NCBI RefSeq assembly: GCF_018977255.1
Contig: NW_024704742.1
Location: 14,448,001-14,512,000, forward strand
Source of the DNA: Callorhinchus milii
Lineage: Eukaryota
Length of the DNA: 64,000 nt
Direction of reading: 5' to 3'
The notes beneath the pieces were generated by a model. That model did no database searches, was not told where the DNA came from, and saw nothing but the letters and a program-made list of their open reading frames with translations. Position 1 is the first letter of the stretch. Each line of letters starts with the position of its first letter. A program made the translations under genes and the position numbers. Shown here one piece after another: positions 13,013-26,689 of the stretch.

Positions 13013-16000
13013 CATAGCTAACTAAACAGAGATATACTCAACTAACTGAAATTTACATTCAATATGAACAAAGTTCTGCAATCAGACTTTTTGTGTAAAT
13101 TGTATGCAAAGCAATCTACTGTAATACAGCTTTACACTGAGAAAGAAAACTGCAGTGTAATTCAAATACAATCCACAGTTCAATTAAGATTTAATTACTT
13201 TGCACAAAGCCGTGCATATGTGGAATAGAAACCCAGAGAGGCAGTGGGGGCTGATTGAGACAGGAAATGCAAGAGGAAATTGGATAATATTTAGAAATAA
13301 TTCCACTGAAGTACACAAATGGCAATTATCCTCTGGTTAAAGAAATACCTCCTGATGTCTGTCCTGATATTATCCTTTGCAACTCTATCTAAACCTGTGC
13401 TCTGAGAGACTATTCTTCATGAATGGTGCTATATAAATGGATGTTGTTGTCGTTTTTGCCTTAGCTTTACTTTCTCAATCTTATTGATGATGATAATAAT
13501 AATAATCCTTGCATTTAATGTAGCACTTTATCATGTCATTGAAACATCTCAGAGCACTTCACAGAACATAGTGTAAAAGTGCAGTGATTGTGTACTTTGT
13601 TGGCAATCTCATTTAATGGTGCCAAAAAGTAGGTAGATTTCTGCAAAACATGACCTAATACCCTTCTGCTAGTTAAGTGGTGTTGTAGTACACCAAACAG
13701 TTGCATAGCCCTCAAAGTGTTATGAGATGCTGTGCCCGTGACTGAATCTGTACTTAACATTTACTGACAACTGTGACTGGATTCTACCCAGGTATGTGTA
13801 AGTAGGATCAATGAACCATCATAAGCATCAGCCAATTGTGCACAGCTATGTCCCACAAACACTCAACAAAGTGCTCAATAAAGATAACTGGTTGTTCAGG
13901 TGGACATTAAAGAACCCCTAAAAACAGAGAATGCTGTTTCCTGGCTAATGTTTCATCTAAAAATAATTTACTCTCATGACACTACATTTTAAAGTAGCTT
14001 GTAATGAGTGGCATTGATGTGATGTATTGCTATATCAAATAATAGGTAATTTACCCATCGTATTTGGAGATGAGTCAGCTGAAATCAATTTGATTTTAAA
14101 TGATAGATCCACGGGATTGTTTAACACTGTAGGAGGCCATTTGATCCATTTTGTTGTGTCTGTGCTTGCTCCTCCAAGAAGCTATCATTCCTAATCCCAT
14201 TTCCTGCTCTTTGCACATTTCCATTACCCTTCCCCTGCATGTGCTTGTATTTTTCCAACTCTCAGTAAAAAGAGAAAGCAATGGGTAGCTGAATATTATT
14301 TCTAGCAGTTCATATCGATTCTCACTTAATAAAAATGCAAGCTTAAAGTCAATATAAATTGATATTACAAGCAGCTGTTAGCAATGATTGCTTATAACTT
14401 TTAAATCCAGCAAATCTCAATATTCAAAAAATAAAGCTTCTGAAGTGAATGGATGATTTCTTACAGTATAATTTTAAACATTGCTTCACCTCCAATTGTT
14501 AGAACTAGATTCTGCAGTGAAATGAATCTCACCCGGTTTTGAGTTTGTACAGATGCATTTGATTTATTGGCCTGTACAGATGCTGAACACCAGGCTGATT
14601 TATAGAATTACCTCATCCATTCATTAAGATCAGTTACACTATACACCCCTTTCTAAAGCAAATATTCTGGGGCGATTCCAACAGCTATGAAGACATCATT
14701 TGTGTCCAGCAGATTTGCTTTTCAATTATTATGTTGAAAAGCTTTGTTCTCACAACGTTTTTGTAAAATCAGGAAGGAATTAGCTTCTGCATCCTAATTC
14801 TTAAACACAGTATAGGAGAAGTGATGGCCAAGGCAGGATCCATATTTGTTTTCCCATCTTTAAGAGGAAACTAGATAGACATTTAAAAAGGAATAATTAG
14901 CAGGAGTATGTGAAAAGGACAGGTAAATGGGACTGAATGGCTCACTCTTTCAAACAAACAGCCCAGACACAATGGGCCGAATGATCCTCCTCTGTATTGT
15001 GTTTCACCTCTGAATAGTGGGAATCCAAAAGACAGTTCCAACAGATTATGTCAACTCTTAACTAGTTTAAGTTTAGTCCTGTTTTCATCTGTTTGTACTC
15101 TACCATATTTTCCTGCTAAAGTCTAAGGTGTCGTTCTCTATGAAGTTCTCTATATTGACTTGTCTTTTGTAATCATTGCAAGAAGTTACGAATTCTGTGA
15201 CCTTGTAATGATCAACACAGTTTAAGATTTCAACTCAACATCAGAATGTATTTAAACAAACACAAGGCAGGTTTAAAAACAATATTGTGTCAAATGTGTT
15301 GAACAGCAATAAATGGAAAGCAAAAAAGTTGAATCTATTTGTTGAGGTTACAATTTCATAGCTGTTTCTCATCTTCAGTTTTGCAGTTTGTTCTGAACTT
15401 TAATGCAACTAGACTTTGATGATGATTTCTTCTTTTAGAAATGTTATTATCCTGTACCCAGTATATTATTCAGTGTACAGCTGAGATTCACAGAGCTGGA
15501 CAGAACACAAGCAACCCGAGTCTAAAGATGCCCAACTGATGTTGAATTCATTTAATCTATCTCACAGACTTAATTCATGTAATTTAAGCTCTACCTTTAA
15601 TTGTCACTAGCTGTTTCTATGCTGCCCTGGTCTCTCTGTAAGTATTGTTCTGAGTTTATTTCCTCAATCCCATTTAAAATCTTATATACCTCTATAAGGT
15701 TCCCTCTGAGAAGCTTCTTTTCAAAGCTGAACAGATCTAGCTTACCTAATTGTGGTTCATAAATTGTTACTCTAACATTGGTGATTATTCTCGTTGTTCT
15801 CCACTACGCTGCCTCTCGGACTGTCATGCTATTTGATGGGCTTTTTCAACACCAGTGTTGCTGGACTGCAAGAAACTAGACTGGAAACTCAAAACAGTCA
15901 TTGAATATTGGTCCCCATGTCAACCAAATAAAATTGAACATTGCACCTTCAATAAAACCACGATAAACTTTTACATCCACACCCAGGGCGCAAACGGAAG

Positions 16001-17167
16001 TCACTGGAGATTTGCCCGATAAGAACAGATTGAACAGATGGATCTGACTTCAGGTTAATCCCATTGAATAAATATTGCAACAGACATTCTATTTTATTAA
16101 TTGGTTTACATCAATAGTCAGAGAAAAGTTTCACAACCAAACAATGGGCTCCACAATTTTAAATAAGTGAGTCATGGACATTATGGGCAATATTTTCTCA
16201 GTTGTATGAGCAGGTGTGCAAATACAGGCCAGCATGTGTGTGCAGATCTGTAAGATATTGTATCATTAATTATTGGGATTGTGGCCTCATAAAATCATTT
16301 ACTAAATTGCAAAAATAGTACAGGATGGCCACTTTATTGGTACTAAAATTGTATGTACACTATATAGAAGCTTTCACTGGTACCTTGTTTGTAGGAGGAT
16401 ATTTTCAAAAACAACAGAGATTATCTAGTACAACAACTTGCATATAAATATATATATATTATATATATATAGTGCCCTTCACTTGCAATAGCTTCTCGGA
16501 GTGCTTAAGAATAGGAAGGAAAGGGGTGATTTGATGGTGTTGACCTTAGGAACTGTAATACTCATCCTGGGTTTAATGTCATTTTTGATGTCAAAAAATG
16601 GATCTCAAAAAGGGAAGCATCATCACATTTCAGAATGACATAATTGAAGCTCAAAGTAAGATGCATCCTGCTTAAATATGAAGTGCTGGTTTCTTCAAAG
16701 TAGGGTTTAGAAATACAATGTGCACCTTAAATAAGATGCTTGGTCCTATTGAAATTCAAACATGTTCTGACAATGACTACCTCAGGAGACTACTCAAATG
16801 TTTATAATCTGAGTACTAGTTCATGATTATACACCTTGATCTTTCCACGATGGAATAAATGAATAATATCTTTGTGAATCTTACAGAATATCTAGTGAAA
16901 AACACAACAGGTTTGATGGCTCAAATGGCCCCTGTTTCAGTGCTGCGACATTCTATAGTTCTACAATTCTATAACCAAAGAGAAGTAAATAAAGAACAAA
17001 GAAAGTTAAATATTTAGTGAAAAGCATTAAATGTTATGTTAATAACTGGCAAGATGCACAGAAACAAGATACTATAATCACATTCCAATTATTTGGATAG
17101 CAATGCTATATTGCACCCAATCGATCACAATAGATGTTAGGTTTCAGGTTGTGTATGATGTACTTAC

Positions 17168-17286
17168 CTGGCCAACTGAGGAGGGGCTGGCACAATTTTT
17201 CCTGTAACAGGCCAACATGTGAGCAGTCTGGTTCACCAGTATCTCCCGCACAGTCTTCAGAGGTTGACTGAGAATCGCTCTGTATG
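17168..17286 (-). CDS. SEC24D: SEC24D exon K (119 nt): [39 protein letters not shown]
   Basis: Acceptor accag|CA, donor CAG|gtaagt; absent from the ORF track. Confidence 0.96.
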
Positions 17287-18854
17287 CTGGTTCAAAAAAA
17301 TAGCAACAACTTACTCACAACTGTTCTTAATAGATATTTAATTGTAAATCATACAAGGTATGTACAATTTCACTATCAATATAGAAATGTGGAGAAATGG
17401 TTTGCTGAGTGTTGTGAGTAATGTGATTATAACACGGAATCCCTTTAGTGACTGACAACACCAAAGGCATTGCACCTAACAACACTCACTGGAAGTTTTC
17501 ACCACTGGAACACACATAACACATTAAAGTACTGACTTCATCTGGTCACTTTTGCCAAGTATAAGCAGCATTTAAGCAGCATACAGCATTTATACAGCAA
17601 ACATTAAAGAAGGGTTCAAGGGAAGATTCAGAAAACAATTATTTGTGACTAAAAAATCATTTTGTGACAGCCATCTGCTTTTGAAAGGCAGGGCTCAGTG
17701 CAGCTGACACATGGATTCTGCACTTACTCTCAGAGAGCTAAAGGTGGTTGAAAATAAAGTGCAACGATTTGCATTGTCCTGACAGCAATCTTTTAGTTCC
17801 TGACTGCAGAAAAGAGTTGAACACTCGGTGCTAACGGAGTTTCATTGCAATTTATATTTCTTCCAGTTCAGCAACACTTTTATACTGTTTAAGCAAAATG
17901 AAATGGCATCTAGATTTAAAGGTGCTCGGTCCTCGAGCGTACACCTCAAAAGGGACACCTGCCACCCCTTCACACCGTTCCGCCCTTCAAAAAGGAGGTA
18001 AAGAAAAACAAGTTTGCTTTGAAATATACCTGTTGGAACATGCTTGATAAAGATGAAAGAAACTCCCATCAAAGTGACACACAATGTGTGATTGGAAAAA
18101 AATACAAAAAAGTGCCCACAATATAAACTTCTCTTACTTCAGAAATGCATGTAGATTTCCTCTGAGCTTGGAGCTCCTTGGAGCAGATGCCTCACATCCT
18201 AAAATGTAAGGAATCCTCTGGAGAAAACACAGCTGATATCAAAGGTCCTTTATTTGATGGTCCGAATGCACTCTGAGATGCTAACCCGTGTTAAGGGCGC
18301 TATATAAATGCTGTTGTTGAATGGATCAAATAATTTTTCAACCCAAATATCATTTGGTGGGAAATGACAGTGTTCCTTCAATGAGCACAATCTAAATATT
18401 ACATTTTAATACAAGGCTAGTCTGTACTGCACAAGATGAAAAAACATTGATTTGAAGCCACTGAACAACCGCAACTAGTTCTGCTCTACATAGTCTCAAA
18501 TCTAAAACAATCTGTATGGTATGAAAGACAGATAGCACTGATCTGTGATAAACTGCAAACAGAACTCCTCTCAGAATTCTACTATCAACAGTGCTGAGAG
18601 ATACAGCAGTCAGACATTCAGAATTGCTTCCCACTGCAGTTATCTAAATGATAAGCATTGCTTCAATCCTAATCCTTTATGAATAATGAGAAACCCCAGT
18701 GCAATCGCCTTTATCCTTTGGGACATGGATTTGTATTCTTCATAATTTAATGGGATAAATGACTACTCTCTGTGGGGCTCAAATAAAATGAGTCAAGATA
18801 TAATATTCTCAATTTAGATCTGCATCTTGAATCTGGTATTTTGGAAGCAAGTCT

Positions 18855-19753
18855 ACAAAATAAATCTGTCCATAATTTCACAGAGAACTATAAAATTGGC
18901 TGATGGTACAATTACAGGAAAATGTCAAACTGTGGCAGTTTTCCTCAGAGTGGGAACTAAACCTGTTCCTTTGACACACTGCACCTACAACAACAACAAT
19001 TTAACATTCATATAATGCCTTTCCTATCAGAGAACATCTCAAAACTGCTTCACAGAGCCCGCTGGGAGCCCGAGCTGAGGATGGAGGAAGCTGAGGAAGT
19101 AGGGGGGAAAAGTGACCAATAATGTGTTTAAAATGAAAGTACCTCAACGTATTCTACTAGACTGAGAGGGTATGACGGTGACATCGGGCTTATAACATGT
19201 GTGTGTTTCTCTGGAAGGAGGAAGGGGGAATGACCTACTATACTGATAAAATATAAAATATAAAAGATAAAACAATCTGTAAGCCCCCAGGCATGAAATT
19301 CCACCTTGTCTTAACCTGCAAAATGACACAGAGCAGTGAACATTTTTTAAAATTGGGTTTTAATTGGAGGTACCGCTGATAACTGGCTTCCAAATACAGG
19401 CATTGAACTTAAAATAATTTTTCACAATTCTGAAAGACCTTACACTTTAAACAAAAATCTGAGTAGGCAGAAATTCACCCCTCCCAATTTTTGAAAACTA
19501 CATTGGTCCAAATAGATAATGAAGTTAACTGAGAAATTAAACTGAGTCATGTTAGTCGTAATAATATAATCCAGATAGTCTTTTGGCTTTTGATCCTATA
19601 TTAATGTCAAATTGTTGCTGTAGGTACAGTGTGTCAAGGGAACGGGTTTAGTTCCCACTCTGAGGAAAACTGCCACAGTTTGACATTTTCCTGTAATTGC
19701 ACCATCAGCCAATTTTATAGTTCGCTGTTCGCTTATGGACAGATTTATTTTGT
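18855..19753. repeat. long inverted repeat, arms 18855-19014 and 19597-19753, 582-bp spacer
   Basis: Hand alignment: about 12 mismatches plus one 3-bp indel over 160 bp, including a 55-bp perfect run. Confidence 0.95.
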
Positions 19754-19814
19754 CCTTTTAATCCTTATCAGATTAGATAGTTTTCTTTTAAGAAATACCA
19801 TTATGGGATACAGA

Positions 19815-20123
19815 GGTAGTTCTGTAGCTCAGTGGTTAGAGCACTCGCTTTACAAGCGAGAGACCTGGATTCGATTCCCGGCAGGGTGAAACCTTTGGCA
19901 AATTTCCTTACTCCACACACCTGATAATAATCCCTCAGAAAAAACAATAATAAATTGGTCATTTCAATCCACGACTGTTTGTGTGACACTGCTGTGCGCA
20001 ATTAGTTGCCACATTTCGCCCACAAAAATACAGTCAATTCACTTTACAGTATATTCTGTGAAGCGCTTTGAGACGTCTAGAAGACGTGAAAAGCGCTATA
20101 TCAAATGCAAGGATTATTATTAT
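19815..20123 (+). mobile_element. full-length tRNA-derived SINE
   Basis: A box TAGCTCAGTGG, anticodon arm CTCGC-TTTACAA-GCGAG, B box GATTCGATTCC, body, L2-like tail, (TAT)n. Confidence 0.9.
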
Positions 20124-20705
20124 TTATTAGTTTAGGACATATGTGCATGCGGCCACCAGGAAGGTGGAATGCGAACTAAATGGACCTTGGTCTTTTCTCG
20201 TTTAGCATTTCTTATGTTCTTATGTAGTGGAACATTGACCTTAGAATGTACGAATATATGTTTCTATCATTAATATTCAAATTTTCAAATATTATCACAT
20301 GCAACATCCCATCAACACATTGCTTCCATTCACTTAAATATTCTGCCTGATGCCCCATTTAGGATTCAAGTTGGTGTACTTGACTGAAATACTCAGTTAA
20401 ACATTTGTCAAGTTGCCTTCAGGTACAATGTTGTGCAAAAGATGGAAAATTATGAGTATAATCCCAAATACAGGATAAATTTGTCCTGAGGAATCAAGCC
20501 CATTTTTTTAATGCCATTTAATCTACATGGCAAAGAGAATCAAAGGTATTGTCGTATTATTGAAATGGTAAATTGATGCTTCTTCCTGTAATAAACAAGA
20601 TTTTGTCTATGAAGAGAAAGCAAATTATGTCATTTACTGCAAGTCCAGCAATACAAGTCCAACAACAACAAAAACAACAACAAAAAGTCAGGCAATGCAG
20701 GCAAA

Positions 20706-21026
20706 GGACTCCTGTAGCGCAGTGGTTAGAGCACTCGCTTTGCAAGCGAGAGACCCGAGTTCAATTCCAGGCAGAGGGCGAAACCTTGGGCAAGTTTCCT
20801 TACTCCAGATGCCTAATAATAATCCCTCTAAAACCAAAAACAATAATAAATTGGTCATTTTCAATCTACGACTGTTTGTGGGACACTGCTGTGCGCAATT
20901 GGCTGCCGCGTTCGCCCACAAATATACAGTCAATTCACTTTACAGTGTGTTCTGTGAAGCGCTTTGGGACGTCCTCCCGACGTGAAAAGCGCTATATCAA
21001 ATGCAAGGATTATTATTATTATTATT
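20706..21026 (+). mobile_element. full-length tRNA-Ala(TGC)-derived SINE
   Basis: Same family as 19815-20123; anticodon arm CTCGC-TTTGCAA-GCGAG; (TAT)n tail. Confidence 0.9.
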
Positions 21027-22254
21027 AAAGGTCAAACAATACAACATTCAGGAAGAGAATAGAGATGTAATGTGACATTTGCTGATAATCATTTATAATA
21101 CCACAACTGCAGCTGTTACATTTGGAAAGAAAACAGGCCTAGACTAGTCTTCACCATATGGTCTCCAATATGACTTGAATTGTAGCTTTATGAATTGTTG
21201 GGTAATGAGTCATTTTGCTTAGACTTCACACTGTGATATAAAAGACCACTTTTCAGGTAGATTCGGCCAGTCAAGCTGATGAAAAGCTAAGATACAATTT
21301 TAATCGAGCAGCGGTTTAACATGCAGTTTAAACCTCAAAACATATTTTCACAAAAATAAACACTGAGCTCTTAACAATCCTTTGTACTGTCAGTTGAGGC
21401 ACTTGGAAAGTGTTCCCAAGCTGATTATGCACTTCATGTATTTATAGAGGTAGAACAAAGCTTAGTCAGGCAGACACATTCCTCTGCTAATTGAACGAGT
21501 GCAGACTTCCCCCAAAATTTAGGCCGACTTTGATTTTATAATCTTACTGACATTTTGAACTGGAAAGGAGTGTATTGGTTTCAGTTTTTAAAAAATAGTG
21601 CAAACACGAATGTGTGCTTTTGAAGCAAGACTGTAACATTCCTTATATAGCATAGCCTGCTGATACACAGAACTGCAACGTTTGCTTGACTAATAAACAG
21701 ACATTACGATAACTAACGCACTAAATTTTAATGTTTTACAATCCTGTTCTTTCTCAAAATAAAATACCCAATATATCAGCAGCTCCTGACATCAACTGAG
21801 TGTTCCGGCAATAAATTTGAGGGGCAGTTTGCTGATGCTGGTGAGTTTAAAACAAAACATTTTCTTTGATAAGCATGTGTGGCTGAGGAGAAAAATGAAC
21901 TGGGTCATAGCCAGCAAGACAGGGGTAGCTTTAATACCATTCAGACAATAACAGCACCAGAGTACAAGTTGTGTACACTCTCCATCTGTCATGTGATGAT
22001 ACACTGGACAAGGAGGTAGAGCACCAATGGAATTTCCCAGGCAGGAATCCGCAAAACAAATCTGTCCTTAACTTGGCAGTTCTCAAATCTGAAATGTTTC
22101 GATTTTCAAAAGCAGAAAATTGGGTTTAGTGCATGCTTCTAATCTGCGGTCTGAGATTTTATTGTCCAGAGAATACAGGAGGTATCACGAGTATCTAGTA
22201 TTACATAATTGTACCAGGCAGCTGATTATAAATTAGTCACATTTTGGAAACAGT

Positions 22255-22383
22255 GAATAATAATACTTGCTTTTGATGTAGTGCCTTATCACGTTGTTGA
22301 GAAGGTTTTGCCTCAGCTGGGAATTGAACCTGAGTCCTCTCGCTCGCAAAGTGAGTGCTCTAACCACTACACTACAGGATTCC
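22255..22383 (-). mobile_element. internally deleted copy of the tRNA-headed SINE (head joined to tail)
   Basis: Head at 22305-22383 on minus directly followed by tail sequence at 22255-22300. Confidence 0.7.
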
Positions 22384-22896
22384 ACATAGATTTCTTATGC
22401 AAAGAAACCATCAACAAATCAAACAACCTTTTGTATCAACTACAAATATTCTTGCTACAATACTAGAACATTGGTATGACTAGGGGACCTGAGCTGATAT
22501 CATAGATTGTCTGATATATTTTCTCAGGCTTCTTCCAACCTGCTTATCAGTCTATGGGAGAAAACACAATCTTGGCAGCTGACTGAGCAGCATCAATGAC
22601 TGCATCCAAGAGGATGTTCAGATCATTCTGCTCAAGGACGAGAATGTGTGTGGGTGGTTACAATGGGTTAAGGGAGAAAGGATTTTGAAAGCAAAGGATG
22701 GAGGGAAAAATTCTGGATTTAAAATAATTCAGAGTAGAGGAATAAACACACGCCTTTCCATTTTAGAATTTACAACAACAACAAAATTACATTTGCATAG
22801 CGCCTTTCACCCCGGTTTCGGCACCCAGCCAGACATCTGCCCAATTTGAAAGGCACTATATAAATGTAAAATTGTGTTGTAGCCTACAATCCTCAC

Positions 22897-23035
22897 CTGA
22901 TTTGGCAAAGAAATTGATTAGTGCATCCGTTTCACAGCTCTTGTACAAGTCGGTGAGCTGAGAAGTGCAGTTCAGTGCCAGGTTGTGGATACGCAGACGT
23001 CTCTGACCAGCAACATTAGTGTACAGCAAGGCACA
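22897..23035 (-). CDS. SEC24D: SEC24D exon J (139 nt): [46 protein letters not shown](A)
   Basis: Acceptor tccag|TGT, donor G|gtgagg; conserved GQRRLRIHN. Confidence 0.96.
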
Positions 23036-23512
23036 CTGGAAGACATTAACAAGAAACATGTGGCATTACACTAATTAATGAGACACTTGTGATAATCCTG
23101 CTGCTTTGAATTATACAAGATAAACAACTAGAAGAAAGAAGTATTCAGAGAGGAAATACCACAAATCTAAAATTAAATAAATGAATCAGGACTTTGTTTT
23201 TGCTCTGAATTGGCCCCCAATTTCCACCAAACGCACAAAAATTTAAGAATCTTGAGTTCTTCAAATCCTCTGTAGGGCTATTTAAGGCTGATGGTGGCAT
23301 CTATAACACACATATTAACATGACAGAGATATAACATGACAGTGAATACAGAGATTACTACTTGATTCTCATTTCTTTGATAAATCAGAGCCTGGTGGGA
23401 TCTGGATAAATACTGTTCATATCCCTTGACTTTTTAAAGTGTTACATATTCTCTTGTTGTTAATGGAAGCTGTTTTGTGAAGTGCGGAGGTTTTAAGTAA
23501 CTCGTGCTTTAC

Positions 23513-23658
23513 CTGGATTAAGGCCCCATTCTCTTCATTCAGTTTATCATCATGTTTGAACTCTACCGTGATTGCTTTGTCACAGTCAATGGCTGCCAAC
23601 TCCACATCTGTTGTATTGTTCATGTACATGGAACCCAAGAAATCAGTTGCCCTGAACC
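23513..23658 (-). CDS. SEC24D: SEC24D exon I (146 nt): [48 protein letters not shown]
   Basis: Acceptor cctag|GG, donor CAG|gtaaag; beta-barrel with KHDD. Confidence 0.96.
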
Positions 23659-25999
23659 CTAGGAAATAAAGTGATAAAAAAAGCATATTAACACAATCAA
23701 AACACAGAGAGCATTCAAATACAATGGACACGTATAACTTTTACCACTTTTCTTGATCTACAAAGAGCACAAGTTCAACATTATAGTGTGGCAAATTTGA
23801 TGATGCATTCAAGATTTAGTGTGTCTGGATCAAATGAACCTGGATGTGTGTGTCGCATGTCTCCCCCTTCAACAGCGACCTCAATGTTCTCGTCCATACA
23901 ACTAGGTGCATGCATTAGATTTAGCTCTCAGATATGGTGACTAGCAGGGTATTTGGCTTTTTCAGTTTTTTGGTTTCTTAAATGCCAGTATCAAAGGCTA
24001 CGGTCTGTCAGCCAGAGGTCCACTGCCACAGTCCTGGTATTCACAGCTGCCACAGTAGGGAACGAAATAGGAGCAGGGTGTATGAACAAGGAGCATCCAC
24101 CACTGTGTACATTCCATGTGCTAAATATTGAATGTTAAATCCAACATCTTCAGGGCCTAAAGAACATTGGTCCTTAAAAGTCCACAAGACTGATTAAAGT
24201 CAGAAGTCATACTGAAACCATTTGACAAAAATTGCTACAAACGAGGGGGAAAAATTTGTGGTAGTTTGAACATTCCTTAAATAAGTAAAATAAATCTGAT
24301 CAGTACCAGGAGGAGGTGGCAAGTGTTCGTTCCTCTCAGAAGCCAAGTGCGCAATTTTGTTTCACTTTGGGATGAGGACTATTAAAGTGAAAATTGCTGG
24401 GCCTACATCAGGCCTTTTTGTTGTTTAATATAATTTTCTCAATGTTGATGTGCTGAGGGGGATTGAAATCCAGGCTTTGTTCAGCCAACTAACTTTAAAT
24501 GACCAGTTGGACTAGGCCCAATGCCTCTGGGCCAACTTCTAATGTTTTGGCTGAGGAGATTCCGGGTTTTGGCTCTCCTCAGCAGATCAACATTAAGAAA
24601 AGCAAAATTAAACAAAAAGAAAGGGAACAGGAGACCAATGTAAGACTTGACATTCACAAAATTGTCACAGATCAAGCAAAGTGGCTGTGTCAAGGCCTTG
24701 AGAGGAACAAACCACTTACTCCACCTACAAAATATACAGTCACTACACTTTACAGTAAATGCTGTGAAGCTCTTTGAGGCAATCTGATGATCTATATGAA
24801 ATGCAAATAATTTTATTCTTATCATCATTATCATCATCTGGAGAGGTGCGCTGCCATCTGCTGGTAGTTTACATATATTCCTTAACATATTTATGGAATG
24901 CTTTAACAACTCAAGTTTTATAATATTTTAGTATAATAATAATAATCCTTACATTTGATAAAGTACCTTTCACATTTGGAGGACATTTCAGAGTGCTTCA
25001 CAGGATCTAAAGACTCTATTTTGTAGGCAAACAAAGCAGCCAATTTTGTGCACATCAGTGCTCCACAAATAGCCATCCATCAATTTTACCCCTTTATTAT
25101 CATCAATTTATCTGCTTTTACTGACATCACGATTTCATAATCCATCAGGAAATAGGGGAGTTACTAATATCAGCAAAGAATTGGGACTATTGTGAACTAT
25201 TATGAGCACATTTTAAATCATTTGTGTTATTTAATAATAATACATCTTGCATTTGATGTAGTGCCTTATCAGTTCTTCGAGACATTTCAATGTGCTTCAC
25301 AGCATATACTGTAAAGTGAATTGACTGTATTTTGTGGGTGAATGAAATGAATATATATAACTTCATAATATGAAGAGATGAAAAAAAAGTTACAAAAATA
25401 ATTTGCTTTTAATTATTATTTGGGACAGCATGTGACCATTACTTCAAGCAAAGCCAAAGCAATGAAACTTTCACATGAACAGGCTACAAACACCTTTAGC
25501 ACTGCATTGGATTGTCATGTTAAATTACATGAGTTCCAAGTCCTAAAGTGGGGCTTAAACTCACAATCGTCAGAATGAAGGGGGAGATTGCTACCAACTG
25601 AGCAAGGCTGACACAAATAGAACTAAATATATGAAGACTATACAGCCATGCAATGTCATCAACTCTGAGGCATTCCTCTACACTTTGTTTTCACTGTATT
25701 TAAGCTTTTGCTGTGTGAAGCACTGAAAATATATCTGGAGATGAACACAGTCACGGTCTGTTTTTCATCAAAAGGGATTTATACACAGTGGTGAGGCAGA
25801 TAAACAGGCAGATAGAAACGGAAAGCACATCATGCTAAATATTTAAAGGAGAGAGAAACGGGTGCTTGGAGAAATAAAGTAAATGCTACTTGTTGTTTAA
25901 CAATGATTTAACAGATCACGATTCTTTATGTCTGTTTTCTTTAAAAGAAGGTTGAACAGTATAGCGAAAGCCAATTGGTGAGTAATCTAGTCTAGATGT

Positions 26000-26395
26000 A
26001 ATAATAACACTAATCCTTGTTTTTGATGTGGTGACTTATCAATTGTCTCAAAACATTTCACAGGATTTCCTGTAGATTGCAATGATTGTGTATTTGTAGA
26101 CGAACAAAACAGCCAATATATGCTACAAACATTGTCCTACAAACAGCCATGAAGTGAAGAATCAAATCTATCTGGGGAGTGTTGGCTAGGACACGAGAAG
26201 AAACTTCCTTCTCTTTTCGAATAGTACCATGGATCTTTAACACCCCCTCGAACAGCGAGACAGGACTTAGGTTTAATACACCATCAACAGGACGGCACCT
26301 TTGTGTGTTCAATGTGGCAATTTGGGGCTTGAAGCCACAATCTTTTGACAAAGATTAGATACGACAAAGCTTCCAACTGAGCCAGGCTGACACCC
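26000..26395 (-). mobile_element. DeuSINE-like SINE
   Basis: Deu-core-like AGGTGCCGTCC...TAAACCTAAGTCC...TAAAGATCCATGG on minus, with head and tail remnants. Confidence 0.7.
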
Positions 26396-26689
26396 TGTAG
26401 CCAATGAGGTATTTTGTTGATGAGTCAGCCACCCACATCCTCTCGCTGTGTCCCTTTAAGAAAGTTAGGGAGTTTCTGAGGAATTAAATAATTGCTTGAC
26501 ATTTTTACATCTTTGATATGCAAGTATGAGGGGACCGAATAAGTGTAACTGATTTGCAACTATTCATGTAACATATAAGTGATTTTTATTATGTTCAGTA
26601 ATCTTCCAGAGACACACAATATAAGCGGCCCAAATCATTTGGACACTGAATGAGGTTATCATTTCTGAACATAATAATTCCTTAAAAAA

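Noticed and set aside
16320..16400. Penelope-like tail or hammerhead ribozyme (similar hints at about 3705-3790, 37205-37320 and 61815-61850)
   Set aside because: Some tail-like motifs are present, but I found no intact CUGANGA / stem II / GAAA core with closing stems; an Infernal search would settle it.
19815..20780. Genuine tRNA-Val(TAC) and tRNA-Ala(TGC) genes (also at 22305 and 43565)
   Set aside because: Acceptor and T stems pair poorly and each head runs into a shared SINE body or tail; these are SINE heads.
20573..21028. 151-aa ORF with a poly-Q stretch, and the other non-exonic ORFs in the track
   Set aside because: It reads through a CAA-rich tract and a SINE. The remaining ORFs are short, antisense to exons, repeat-derived or lack recognisable domains.
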